A stretch of 64,000 nucleotides of DNA, taken from an uncultured bacterium. GTDB lineage: Bacteria > UBA8481. Shown in pieces: positions 38,062 through 47,766 of this stretch. The position numbers and the translations under genes were made by a program. How positions within the stretch are numbered: position 1 is the first letter of the stretch; each line of letters opens with the position of its first letter. The notes below the pieces were generated by a model. It worked only from the letters and a program-made list of their open reading frames with translations. It searched no databases and was not told where the DNA came from. The stretch lies in the NCBI GenBank assembly GCA_964548165.1, contig CAZJQD010000007.1:25665-89664 (forward strand), read 5' to 3'.

Positions 38062-39393
38062 TCAGACCTTCGAGAGCGCCTTGTCGAGGGTCTCGACGAT
38101 GAGGTCGGCATCCTCGACGGTGGAGCAGAGCGGGGGCTTGATGCGGATGGTGTTGCCGGCCATGCCGCCCTTGCCAAAGAGAACGCCCATGTCCTTTGCG
38201 AGATCGAGCACCTTCAGGACGAGATCGGGCGCGGGTTCCTTGGTCTTCGGATCGCGGACGATCTCCATGCCGAGCATGAGGCCCTTGCCGCGGATCTCGC
38301 CGATGCGCTCGTGCTTCTTCATGAGCGTCTGGACGCCTGCGACGATGCGCTCGCCGACGACGCGCGCGTTAGCCGCGTACTTGTACTTGGCGATCACGTC
38401 GAGGACGGCCTCGCCCTGGGTCATCGAGACCGGGTTTCCGCCGTAGGTGTTGAAGTGGACCTTCCCGTCCATGCAGGCGGCGATCTCGGGGGTGGTGATG
38501 ATGCCGCCCAGGGGGACGCCGTTGCCGATGCCCTTGGCCATCGTGATCATGTCGGGCTGAACGCCCCAGTGTTCGATCCCGAAGAACTTGTCGCCCGTCC
38601 GGCCGAAACCGGTCTGGACCTCGTCGGCTATGAAGAGCCCGCCGTATTTCTTCACGACGTCGTAGATCTTCTTGAAGTAGTTGGCCGGCGGGGTGATGAC
38701 GCCGCCGAAGCCCATGATTGGCTCGGCGATGAACGCCGCGAGCTTGCCGCAGGTCTGGTACTTGATGATCTCCTCGACCTGCTGGGCACACCAGTCGCCG
38801 AACTGCTCGTCGGTGAATTGCTCGGGCTTGCGGTAGGTGTAGCCGGCGGGCGCGTGGTGAACGCCGAAGACGTAGGGCAGGGAGTGGCGCCAGAGCGACT
38901 GGCCGGTGAGCGTCATGGCCATCAGCGTCCGGCCGTGGAACGAGTGCCGCAGCGCGATGAACTCCGAGGTCTTCGTGTGGTTCTTGGCGAGGATGGCGGC
39001 GAGCTCGGTCGACTCGGAACCCGAGTTCGTGAAGAAGCAGTTCTTGAGGTTCGGGTTGGCTCCAGCGGCGACCTCGGCCATCTTCTTGGCGTAGGTGACG
39101 ATGCGCGGGTGATAGTAGAGCGTGGTCATGTGCTGGAGCGTCTGGACCTGCTTGACGACGGGCGCGACGACGTCAGGGTGGCAGTGACCGACCGAGATCG
39201 TGACGACGGCCGAGAACGCGTCGAGGTACTTCCGACCCTTCTCGTCGAAGACGTACTGCATCTCGCCGCGAACGACGTTCACGGGATTGGAGTAGTAGGT
39301 CATCGTCGACGGGAGGAGATACTCCTTCCGCATCTTCGCGATCTGGTCGGGGCTGAGCTGAAAATCGGGGTCGTTGGCGTCCATGGAACACAT
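38062..39393 (-). CDS. class III aminotransferase (AGXT2 / beta-alanine-pyruvate type)
   Basis: Motifs ADEVQTGFGRTG and MITMAKGIGNGVPLG (PLP lysine), plus an N-terminal LLPS segment. Start taken at ATG 39393 (MCSMDANDP). The track ORF's upstream 80 aa is Arg/Pro-rich and unlikely to be real. Confidence 0.8.
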   Translation of the reverse strand: MCSMDANDPDFQLSPDQIAKMRKEYLLPSTMTYYSNPVNVVRGEMQYVFDEKGRKYLDAFSAVVTISVGHCHPDVVAPVVKQVQTLQHMTTLYYHPRIVTYAKKMAEVAAGANPNLKNCFFTNSGSESTELAAILAKNHTKTSEFIALRHSFHGRTLMAMTLTGQSLWRHSLPYVFGVHHAPAGYTYRKPEQFTDEQFGDWCAQQVEEIIKYQTCGKLAAFIAEPIMGFGGVITPPANYFKKIYDVVKKYGGLFIADEVQTGFGRTGDKFFGIEHWGVQPDMITMAKGIGNGVPLGGIITTPEIAACMDGKVHFNTYGGNPVSMTQGEAVLDVIAKYKYAANARVVGERIVAGVQTLMKKHERIGEIRGKGLMLGMEIVRDPKTKEPAPDLVLKVLDLAKDMGVLFGKGGMAGNTIRIKPPLCSTVEDADLIVETLDKALSKV

Positions 39394-39687
39394 CACCTGG
39401 TGAAAGAATGCGCGGCTCGGCGCAAGCGCCGGCCAGCGCGCGATCCTATCCCAATCCGGTGCTCCGCGTCCATCAAACCACGAGGCGCCGGGGGCGCCGG
39501 GCGCCATCCGGGCGAAAGCCGCGAGCGCGGGCACGGGCGGGACGCGGGCGCCGTCACGAGCGACTTTTCTTGTTCGCGGGCGAGGAGTCTGCAAGAGTGC
39601 GGCTCGCAATCCAGGGTCCGGGCGGCTCGCCACCCGGAGGAAGAATCCGCGTGGCCGGGCCGCCAGCTGACTCCTTGGAGGTGCACC

Positions 39688-41013
39688 ATGCTTCGTCGCC
39701 CGTCACCCGATTTGCCAGGATCCTCGCGCACCCGAGCCATGGCGATCGCCGTCCTGGCCGCCGCGATCGCGCCGTCGGCCCTGGCCGCCGGCGGCCACCA
39801 GGATCCGGTCACGCCCGTCGCCCTGGCGCTCGCCCTTATCCTCGTCGCCGCCAAGGCGGGTGGCGAGGTCGCCATGAGGCTTGGCCAGCCGGCCGTCCTC
39901 GGCGAACTCCTGGCCGGCGTCGCCCTCGGCAATGTCGCGCTCACGGGCTTCGACGGACTCGCATGGATCAAGCGGGATGCAGCCGTGGAGATGCTCGCCG
40001 GCGTCGGCGTCCTGGTGCTCCTCTTCGAGGTCGGGCTGGAATCGACCGTCGGGCAGATGATGAAGGTGGGAATGACCGCCCTGGCCGTCGCGGTCGTCGG
40101 CGTGGTCGCGCCCTTCGCCCTGGGGTGGCTTGCGGGCGCATGGCTCCTGCCGAACGAGAGCGCCTACGCGCACGCCTTCCTCGGCGCCGTCCTCTGCGCC
40201 ACCTCGGTCGGCATCACTGCTCGCGTCTTCCAGGATCTCGGCGCCTCGAAGAGCCCCGAGGCCCGGATCATTCTCGGCGCCGCCGTCATCGACGACGTCC
40301 TCGGTCTCATCGTGCTCGCCGTCATGGGCGGCATCATCGCCGCGGCCGATAGCGGATCGACCGTCTCCTACGGCGCGATCGGGGCCATCATCGGGAAATC
40401 CATCCTCTTCCTCGTCGGCGCGCTCATCATCGGGGTGCGCGTCTCGCCGCGCATCTTCGCGTTCGCCTCGCGACTCCGGGCACCCGGGATCCTCCTGGCG
40501 ACAGGACTGGGCCTCTGCTTCCTCCTCTCCTGGATGGCGGGCTCGATCGGCCTGGCGCCCATCATCGGCGCCTTCGCGGCCGGGCTCATCCTCGAGGACG
40601 TCCACTACAAGCCCTTCAAGGACCGGGGCGAGCACGGGATCGAGGAACTCGTCCATCCCATCGCCGGGTTTCTCGTCCCGGTCTTTTTTGTCCTGATGGG
40701 CATGCGAACCGATCTCGGGGCCTTCCTCCAGCCCGGCGTCCTCGGTCTCGCGGCCGGACTCACCATCGCCGCCATCATTGGTAAGCAGGTCTGCGGCCTC
40801 GCCGCGGGCCGGGGCGTCGACCGTCTCACGGTCGGCTTCGGGATGGTGCCGCGCGGCGAGGTGGGACTCATCTTCGCCGGCGTCGGCGCCTCCATGACCC
40901 TGGGTGGGGACCCCGTAATCTCCCCGGACGTCTACTCCGCCGTCGTCGTCATGGTTATCGCGACGACACTGGCCACCCCCCCGGCTCTCCGCTGGCGCAT
41001 CGCGCGCCGGTAG
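39688..41013 (+). CDS. cation:proton antiporter (CPA2 / Kef-type)
   Basis: ATG at 39688 with a strong SD GGAGGTG. 12-13 TM helices. The upstream 1.4 kb of track ORF 38311-41013 is antisense to the aminotransferase and is spurious. Confidence 0.75.
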   Translation: MLRRPSPDLPGSSRTRAMAIAVLAAAIAPSALAAGGHQDPVTPVALALALILVAAKAGGEVAMRLGQPAVLGELLAGVALGNVALTGFDGLAWIKRDAAVEMLAGVGVLVLLFEVGLESTVGQMMKVGMTALAVAVVGVVAPFALGWLAGAWLLPNESAYAHAFLGAVLCATSVGITARVFQDLGASKSPEARIILGAAVIDDVLGLIVLAVMGGIIAAADSGSTVSYGAIGAIIGKSILFLVGALIIGVRVSPRIFAFASRLRAPGILLATGLGLCFLLSWMAGSIGLAPIIGAFAAGLILEDVHYKPFKDRGEHGIEELVHPIAGFLVPVFFVLMGMRTDLGAFLQPGVLGLAAGLTIAAIIGKQVCGLAAGRGVDRLTVGFGMVPRGEVGLIFAGVGASMTLGGDPVISPDVYSAVVVMVIATTLATPPALRWRIARR

Positions 41014-41169
41014 GTCCCGCCGACCGGACGAGGGCGATACGCTCGATGGGCCAGCGTGACCACCTTTGCGGTAATTCTGTTCGAGTCAGTCAAGTCGAAC
41101 TAAACTATTCAACCCGCAACTCGTCCCACATCGACGCGCGCGCGCATTAGCCAAACGGAGGGCCTCAGA

Positions 41170-41634
41170 ATGAATCAGATGGGAAAATGGCTGTTCGGCT
41201 CGGTCTGCACCGATACCGGCCTCCTGATCCTGCGCGTGGCTTTCGGCGCGGGCATGGTCTATCACGGCTACGGCAAGGTCACCGGCGACCTCTCCAAGTT
41301 CGCGGAAGGCGTCGCCGCGCTGGGCTTTCCCCTCCCCCTCTTCTTCGCCTGGGCCGCCGCCCTCTCCGAGTTCCTTGGCGGGCTCTTCTTGATGGCCGGC
41401 CTCTTGACCCGGCCCTCGGCCGCGTTCATCGCCTTCACCATGGCCGTGGCCGCCTTCGGCCGCCATGCGGCCGATCCCTTCCAGAAGAAGGAACTCGCCC
41501 TCGCCTACCTCTTCGCCGCGCTCTGCCTCATCTTCACCGGACCTGGCCGGCACAGCGCCGATGCGCGGATCGCCGGCGCCTGCGGATGCGCCTCTAACAC
41601 CAGCAGCAGCTCCCCAGGAAAAAAGTCAAGCTGA
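41170..41634 (+). CDS. DoxX-family membrane protein
   Basis: 154 aa with 4 TM helices, typical of DoxX. Confidence 0.7.
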   Translation: MNQMGKWLFGSVCTDTGLLILRVAFGAGMVYHGYGKVTGDLSKFAEGVAALGFPLPLFFAWAAALSEFLGGLFLMAGLLTRPSAAFIAFTMAVAAFGRHAADPFQKKELALAYLFAALCLIFTGPGRHSADARIAGACGCASNTSSSSPGKKSS

Positions 41635-41645
41635 GCTCCAGAACC

Positions 41646-43385
41646 TTGACCCTCGACCGTGCCGTCACCGGCCTGCTTCTCGCCGTGCTGGCTCTCCTCC
41701 CACCCTCCGCGGTGGACGCACGCGAGTACGTGGTCCAGGAGCGCGATACGCTCTGGTCCATCGCCCAGCGCGAGCTGGGTAATGGCGCCCGGTGGAGCGA
41801 GCTCGCGGAGAGGAACAACATCGCGGATCCCGCCGGTCTGAGATCAGGTGCCATCCTGTATCTACCGGACGATGGTGACGCTCCGGCGCGCCAGAGCGAT
41901 AGATCGCCCGAGCAACAGGCCTCTGTAGCCCCCGCGAGCGCGGATGCGACTCCCTTGTCGGCGGGGACACCCTCCGCCGAGCGCGATCCTCCCTTCGTGG
42001 CGCCAACCCTGCCCTCCTCGCCTTCCAGCACCCTGCCCACCACCACCTTCTCCCCTGACCTCTCCTGGTCCTCCAGCCTCCTTCCCCAGCTTGCAGCGTC
42101 ACGCGACGCCTCGACCCCCGAACTCACCTCGCCGCTCACCCTTGATCGCGTCCTCGCCCTCGCGCTCACCCATTCTCCGGCGGTCATGGAAGCGCGAGCG
42201 AACCTGCGCTCCACGGCGGCCGCCATCGACGTCGAGCGCGCCGCGGCCCTGCCCCAGCTCACCGCATCGGGAGAAGCACGTCGGCTCGAGACGATTCGCT
42301 CGACCTCCGGCGGCGTTCTCCTCAACGAGAACACCTACGGCGGCTCCGTCTCGCTCACCCAGAACCTCTTCTCCTTCGGACGCATCTCCAGCGCGCTTCG
42401 CGCCGCGCGCGCGGGCGAGGCCGCCCAGGTCGCCGCGCTCGTCGAGGCCGAGTTCGAGGCGCGACACCGCGCCGAGACCGCGTTCCTCGCGCTCCTCGTC
42501 GCTTCCGAGAAAGTGGGCGTGGCTGAACAGGGAGTGCAGGCCGCCCAGGAACTCGCCCGGGACGCTCGCATTCGGGAGCGCGAAGGCGCCGGCACGCGCT
42601 TCGACGTCATGCGCGCCGAATCCGAACTGGCCGCCGCCACCGCTCGACTCTCCACCTCACGCTCCAATCTCCTCAAGTCCCGCGAGTCCCTGATCGTGGC
42701 CATGGGTCTTTCGGCCGGCACACCTCTCGGCGAACTGGCGCCCCCGCCACGGCCCCGGACGCCAATTCCAGCCGACGCTGCGGTCCGGCTGGCCATGACA
42801 GAACGGCCCAACCTCGCGGTCCTCGCTCATGAGCTCGCCGCATCCCGGCATCGGGTCGAGGGCGAGCGCGCCGAGGGACGGCCCGAGGCGGAGGCCTTCG
42901 CAACCGGCTCGTACACGCGCCACGATGTCATCAGCCGACCCTCCCCCTTTCGCGACAACGATGCCTCCAGCGCGGTCGCGGGCGTACGGGTCTCCGTCCC
43001 GATCTTCGACGGCGGTCGCGTGCGCGCTTCCGTCCGACAGGAGGAAGAGTCGGTCCGCGCCAGCGAGGCAGAGCTCCGAAGCGAGCGGCTGGAGGCCGAG
43101 CGGGAAGTCCGCGCGATCTACTTCGACCTCAGCGCCGCCGCCGAGGCCCTCGCGTCGCGGCGCGCCAGCGTGGCTGCATCCCGCGAGGCCCTTCGCATGG
43201 CCGAGATCTCCTTCCGGGAGGGCATCGTCACCGCCCTCGACGTGATCCAGGCCACGCTCGCCTTCACCGTAGCGAGGGAAGCCGAGCTCGACGCGGAGTT
43301 TGCGTACCGGGTCGGGCTCGCCAACCTCGTCCGGGCCACGGGCACGCCCGCCGTCCTCCAGCCGGAGTCCGAGGCGCGCCCATGA
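41646..43385 (+). CDS. LysM-domain fused TolC-like outer-membrane efflux protein (OEP family)
   Basis: Signal peptide, then a LysM domain (YVVQERDTLWSIAQRELGNGARWSELAERNNIADPAGLRSGAILYLP), then a Ser/Pro/Thr-rich linker, then two OEP repeats. TTG start. Confidence 0.75.
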   Translation: MTLDRAVTGLLLAVLALLPPSAVDAREYVVQERDTLWSIAQRELGNGARWSELAERNNIADPAGLRSGAILYLPDDGDAPARQSDRSPEQQASVAPASADATPLSAGTPSAERDPPFVAPTLPSSPSSTLPTTTFSPDLSWSSSLLPQLAASRDASTPELTSPLTLDRVLALALTHSPAVMEARANLRSTAAAIDVERAAALPQLTASGEARRLETIRSTSGGVLLNENTYGGSVSLTQNLFSFGRISSALRAARAGEAAQVAALVEAEFEARHRAETAFLALLVASEKVGVAEQGVQAAQELARDARIREREGAGTRFDVMRAESELAAATARLSTSRSNLLKSRESLIVAMGLSAGTPLGELAPPPRPRTPIPADAAVRLAMTERPNLAVLAHELAASRHRVEGERAEGRPEAEAFATGSYTRHDVISRPSPFRDNDASSAVAGVRVSVPIFDGGRVRASVRQEEESVRASEAELRSERLEAEREVRAIYFDLSAAAEALASRRASVAASREALRMAEISFREGIVTALDVIQATLAFTVAREAELDAEFAYRVGLANLVRATGTPAVLQPESEARP

Positions 43386-44578
43386 GAACACCCTCGGTCC
43401 AACGCACGAAGCTCTTTGCACTCATCCTCCTCCCCTTCCTCCTCTCCGCGTGCGGCCAGGGCGAAGGCGCCGACCAACGGCGCGCTCCCGTCGTCCGCCG
43501 GGTCGAGATGGGCGTCGTAACGACGCGACCGCTCGATCGCGTGCTCGAGGCGCCGGCCGTCCTGGAGCCCGTCTCCAGCGCCGAAGTCGGCGTCAAGACG
43601 CAAGGCCGCGTGGCGACCCTCCTCGTCGACGAAGGCGTCCACGTGAAGCGGGGCCAGGTCCTCGCGCGGCTCTCCTCGCCCAACCTCAGCTTCGAACGCG
43701 CGGGCGCCACGGCCTCGTCCTCGGCCGTGGACGCCGAGGTCCGGCGCGCCCGCATCGATCGGGATCAGAAACGGCGGGATTACGATCGCGCCGTCAGGCT
43801 CCACGAGGAAGGCGTCTTCTCCACGGAGGCCGTCGAGCGGGCGCTGTCCAACCTCCAGATGGCCGAAGCCGCCCTCGATAACCTCGCCCGACGGGGCACC
43901 GCCGGATCCGCGACGGCGGCCGCCATCGGCGCCCAGGCCGACGAGCTCAACCTGGTCTCCCCCATCGACGGCCAGGTCTCGCGCCGGATGATCGAGCCCG
44001 GGCAGGTCGTCTCTCCCGGCTTCATCGCCTTCCGCGTCATCGACCTCGCCAAGCTCAAGGCCGTCGCCTACGTCACCGAGGAGGAACTTCCCGCGGTCCA
44101 GGAGGGGCAAGCCGTTGTCGTCGTCCTCTCGTCCCTGGCCGAGACCGTCGCCGGATCGGTGACCGCCGTCGTCCGCGAGCTCGACCCCGTGACACGCCTG
44201 GCCAAGGTCGAGGTCGTCTTCGAGAACCCGGACCGGCGCTATGCGTCGGGCATGCGTGGCATCATCCGGATCACCACCGCATCCCGGCCCTCGGCCGTCG
44301 TCGTGCCCGCGTCCGCGATCATCTCCAAGGAGGACGGCGACTTCGTCTTCGTCCTGGCCGACGGAAAAGCGCGGCAGACGCCCGTGACGATCGCCTATCG
44401 CCGTGATCCCTGGGTTGCGATTGATGAGGGCGTCAAAGCCGGCGACGCGATCGTGACCGGCAACCTCGGTGGCCTGCGCACCGGCACGCCGATCGCGCCC
44501 TTCGAGACTGCCGAGGAATCCACGGATCCCGAGAAGCCGTCGCCCGTCCCCCGAACCCCGCGCGGCGACAGGCCCTGA
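43382..44578 (+). CDS. RND efflux periplasmic adaptor (membrane fusion protein, HlyD family) lipoprotein
   Basis: Lipobox LSAC, then biotinyl/lipoyl-like and beta-barrel segments (GQVLARL..., VSPIDGQVSRRMIEPGQVVSPG). ATGA overlap with the OEP gene. Confidence 0.85.
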   Translation: MRTPSVQRTKLFALILLPFLLSACGQGEGADQRRAPVVRRVEMGVVTTRPLDRVLEAPAVLEPVSSAEVGVKTQGRVATLLVDEGVHVKRGQVLARLSSPNLSFERAGATASSSAVDAEVRRARIDRDQKRRDYDRAVRLHEEGVFSTEAVERALSNLQMAEAALDNLARRGTAGSATAAAIGAQADELNLVSPIDGQVSRRMIEPGQVVSPGFIAFRVIDLAKLKAVAYVTEEELPAVQEGQAVVVVLSSLAETVAGSVTAVVRELDPVTRLAKVEVVFENPDRRYASGMRGIIRITTASRPSAVVVPASAIISKEDGDFVFVLADGKARQTPVTIAYRRDPWVAIDEGVKAGDAIVTGNLGGLRTGTPIAPFETAEESTDPEKPSPVPRTPRGDRP

Positions 44579-44594
44579 CCATTCGTAGCGTCCC

Positions 44595-47500
44595 ATGAGC
44601 GAACCGGAAAATTCCGAGAAGCACCTGAGCGAGGAGCGATCGAAGCTCGTCGAGATCGCCGTCCATTACCCGGTCACTACCATCTCGGGCGTCCTGATGG
44701 TCATGCTCTTCGGCACCATCGGCATCATCAACCTGCCCGTCCAGCTGACTCCCACCATCGACCGCCCCACGATCACGATCCAGACCTCCTACCCCGGCGC
44801 GGCGCCGCAGGAGGTCGAGCAGCAGGTGACCAACCTCATCGAGGAGAAGGTCAACTCGGTCGAGAACCTGCGGCGCGTCACGTCCTCCTCGCAGGTCGGG
44901 CGATCCAACATCACGCTGGAGTTCGACTGGGGCATCGACAAGGACCTTGCCGTCGTCGACGTCATGCGCAAGGTCAACCAGGTCTCGGGGCTCCCGGAGA
45001 ACGTCGACCAGCCCATCATCACCGCGGCCAGCTCTGACGAGGAACAGCCCATCCTCAGGATCGCGGTCGTCTCCGAGCTGGACCCGTCGTTCATCCGGGA
45101 GGTCCTCGATCGCGATATCCAGCCGCGGCTCCTGCGCGTCTCCGGCGTGGGCGACGTCACGTTCAACGGCGGGCAGGAGCGCGAGGTGCGCGTCACGGTC
45201 GATCCCCATCGCCTCACCGCGTATCGGCTCACGGTCGAGAACGTGCGTTCCGCGATCCTGGATCGCAACCGCAACCTGCAGGCGGGCGACATTGAGAAAG
45301 GCCAGGTCCGCTGGATCGTCCGCACCGTCGGCGAGTACAACAACCTTTCGGAGATTGAGGAGACGCCGATCCGAGCCGGGGACGGCGCCTGGATCCACCT
45401 CTCCGACGTGGCGACCGTCACCACGGGTTACAAGGACCCCGAGGCCATCGTCCGCATCAACGGCCGTCCCGCCAACGTCCTCAACGTCAACAAGAAGACC
45501 GGCGGCAATACGATTGAGGTCGCCAGCGGCATCACGGCCGTCGTCGAGGAGATCAACCGCGAGTACAGCTCGCGCGGCATCCAGCTCCTCCCCGTCGTCG
45601 ACGACAGCGATTACATCTGGGCCTCCATCCGGACCGTCCTGTGGAGCCTCGTCCAGGGGACACTCCTGGCTGTCGTGATCCTGTACGTGTTCATGGGCTC
45701 CTTTCGCACCGTGGCCATCATCGGCATGGCGATTCCCATCTCGCTCGTGGGCACCTTTGCCCTCCTCTGGGGCTTCGATCGCTCGCTCAACATCATCTCC
45801 CTCGCCGGCCTGGGCTTCGCGTCCGGCATGGTGGTCGACAACGCCGTGGTGGTGGTCGAGAACATCGTGCGTCACCGAGAGAACGGGAAGGGGCTCTTCC
45901 AGGCCGCCGTCGACGGCACGAGCGAGGTCTGGGGCGCCGTGATCGCCTCCACGGTGACGACCCTGGCGGTCTTCATCCCCGTGCTCTTCGTCGAGGAGGA
46001 AGCAGGCCAGCTCTTCCGCGACATTGCCTACGCCATCTCGTTCGCCATCGGCCTTTCGCTCGTCATCTCCGTCACCATCATCCCCACCTTCGCGGCCCGC
46101 GTCCTGAAGATCCGAACGGGCGCTGAGACGGGCGAGAGCGGTCCCTATGCGGCCCTGAGGAGAGTATTTCTCGGTGCCACGAGGAGGATCGGCGAGGCCT
46201 TCATGAGGACGCTTACCGCCACGCTCGATCGCGTCCTCGTCAGCCGCCGGCGGTGCGGCATCGTCGTCGGCATCGTCGTGGCCGCCACGCTCGCCCTCAT
46301 GACCCTTCTGCCGCCCGCGGAATACCTGCCCTCGGGGAGCCGGAACTTCATCATCACGAGCATGCGGATCCCGCCGGGCCTCTCCCTGGCCGCCGTCGAC
46401 GAGATGGTCTTCACGCTCCAGTCCCGGTACGCGTCCCTGCCCGAGAAGGAGGCGATGTTCGCCGTGACCCGGCCCAACGGCTGCTTCATCGGTGTCATCG
46501 TCAAGCCCGAGCTCGCGGACCGGATCCCCGAGATCATCGGGCGAATGAGGAAGATGGCGGCCGACATCACGCAGGCCCAGGTCATCATCCAGCAGGCCAG
46601 CATCTTCCAGCGGGGTATCGCGGGCGGCAAGACCATCGCGGTGGAGGTCCACGGCGACGACATCACCCAGTTGATCGCGTACGCCGAGGAGGTCGAGGCG
46701 GCCGCGAAGGCGATTCCCGGCGTGGAGACGATCCGCTCCAGCCTCGAGCTCGGGAACCCGGAGATCCGCGTCGCCCTCGAGCCCGATCGCCTCTCCGAGC
46801 TCGGGCTCTCCACGCGCGAGGTCGGGGAGATCGTCGAGGCCATGGTCGACGGGCGGCGGACGGGCGTGTACCGCGCCGGCGGCACCGAGCAGGAGGTGGA
46901 CCTCAACGTCATCGGGTCCCGCACCCTGGCCGCCGACGCCCAGGCGCTCGCCGCGATACCGATCTGGAGCGACGGGACGCACGTCGTGCCGCTCTCGAGC
47001 GTCGGCAGGGTCGGCGCGGCCACCGGGCCGACCCGGATCGATCACGCGGACCTCGCGCGCTCGATCACGCTCACCGTCTTCGTGGCGAAGGAGATGCCCC
47101 TCCAGCCCGTCATCGACGAGCTGAACCGCGCGCTGGACGGGGGCATCCGTCCTCGGATGCCGACGGGCTACAGCATCCACATGACCGGCGCCGCCGATGA
47201 CCTCCAACGGACCATCAGCGCCCTGGTCGGCGCCTTCATCGTCGCCGTCTTCATCTCGTACCTGCTGATGGCCTCGCTCTTCGAATCCTTCGTCTACCCC
47301 TTCATCGTGACCGCCGTCGTCCCCATCGGCATGGTCGGTGCCATCGCCGGCGTCCTGGCCACCGGCGAACAGCTCAACGTCATCACCATGCTGGGCTTCA
47401 TCATCCTCGCGGGCACCGTCGTCAATAACGCGATCCTGCTCGTGCACCAGACCCTGAACTTCGAGAAGGACGGCCTGGACTTTCTCCCCGCGCTCCGCAT

Positions 47501-47738
47501 GTCCGTGATCACGCGCGTCCGGCCCATCACCATGACGACGGCGACCTCGGTCCTGGCGATGGCGCCCCTGGCCTTCGGCCACGGTTCCGGTTCTGAGCTC
47601 TACCGCGGCCTCGGTGCGGCCGTCCTCTTCGGGCTGGCGCTCTCGACCTTCATCATCCTGTTCTTCACGCCCGCCCTCTTCGCCTTCGTCTCGCGAAGGG
47701 CCCGCTTCGGAGAGTCATCCTCTTCCACAGCCGGCTGA
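44595..47738 (+). CDS. RND efflux transporter permease (AcrB/CzcA family)
   Basis: 1047 aa with the 12-TM AcrB architecture and two large periplasmic loops. Confidence 0.9.
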   Translation: MSEPENSEKHLSEERSKLVEIAVHYPVTTISGVLMVMLFGTIGIINLPVQLTPTIDRPTITIQTSYPGAAPQEVEQQVTNLIEEKVNSVENLRRVTSSSQVGRSNITLEFDWGIDKDLAVVDVMRKVNQVSGLPENVDQPIITAASSDEEQPILRIAVVSELDPSFIREVLDRDIQPRLLRVSGVGDVTFNGGQEREVRVTVDPHRLTAYRLTVENVRSAILDRNRNLQAGDIEKGQVRWIVRTVGEYNNLSEIEETPIRAGDGAWIHLSDVATVTTGYKDPEAIVRINGRPANVLNVNKKTGGNTIEVASGITAVVEEINREYSSRGIQLLPVVDDSDYIWASIRTVLWSLVQGTLLAVVILYVFMGSFRTVAIIGMAIPISLVGTFALLWGFDRSLNIISLAGLGFASGMVVDNAVVVVENIVRHRENGKGLFQAAVDGTSEVWGAVIASTVTTLAVFIPVLFVEEEAGQLFRDIAYAISFAIGLSLVISVTIIPTFAARVLKIRTGAETGESGPYAALRRVFLGATRRIGEAFMRTLTATLDRVLVSRRRCGIVVGIVVAATLALMTLLPPAEYLPSGSRNFIITSMRIPPGLSLAAVDEMVFTLQSRYASLPEKEAMFAVTRPNGCFIGVIVKPELADRIPEIIGRMRKMAADITQAQVIIQQASIFQRGIAGGKTIAVEVHGDDITQLIAYAEEVEAAAKAIPGVETIRSSLELGNPEIRVALEPDRLSELGLSTREVGEIVEAMVDGRRTGVYRAGGTEQEVDLNVIGSRTLAADAQALAAIPIWSDGTHVVPLSSVGRVGAATGPTRIDHADLARSITLTVFVAKEMPLQPVIDELNRALDGGIRPRMPTGYSIHMTGAADDLQRTISALVGAFIVAVFISYLLMASLFESFVYPFIVTAVVPIGMVGAIAGVLATGEQLNVITMLGFIILAGTVVNNAILLVHQTLNFEKDGLDFLPALRMSVITRVRPITMTTATSVLAMAPLAFGHGSGSELYRGLGAAVLFGLALSTFIILFFTPALFAFVSRRARFGESSSSTAG

Positions 47739-47766
47739 ACGGCCCGACGACCGGGGGGCGCGAGCA

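Noticed and set aside
38311-39687. First 1.4 kb of the 900-aa track ORF
   Set aside because: Antisense to the class III aminotransferase. The CPA2 antiporter has its own strong SD and ATG at 39688.
44433-47582. 1049-aa minus-strand ORF
   Set aside because: Antisense to the RND permease, Asp/Gly/Arg-rich. The same applies to 36296-38446 (+), 50492-53212 (+), 58907-60676 (-), 20622-21584 (-) and 33352-34350 (-).
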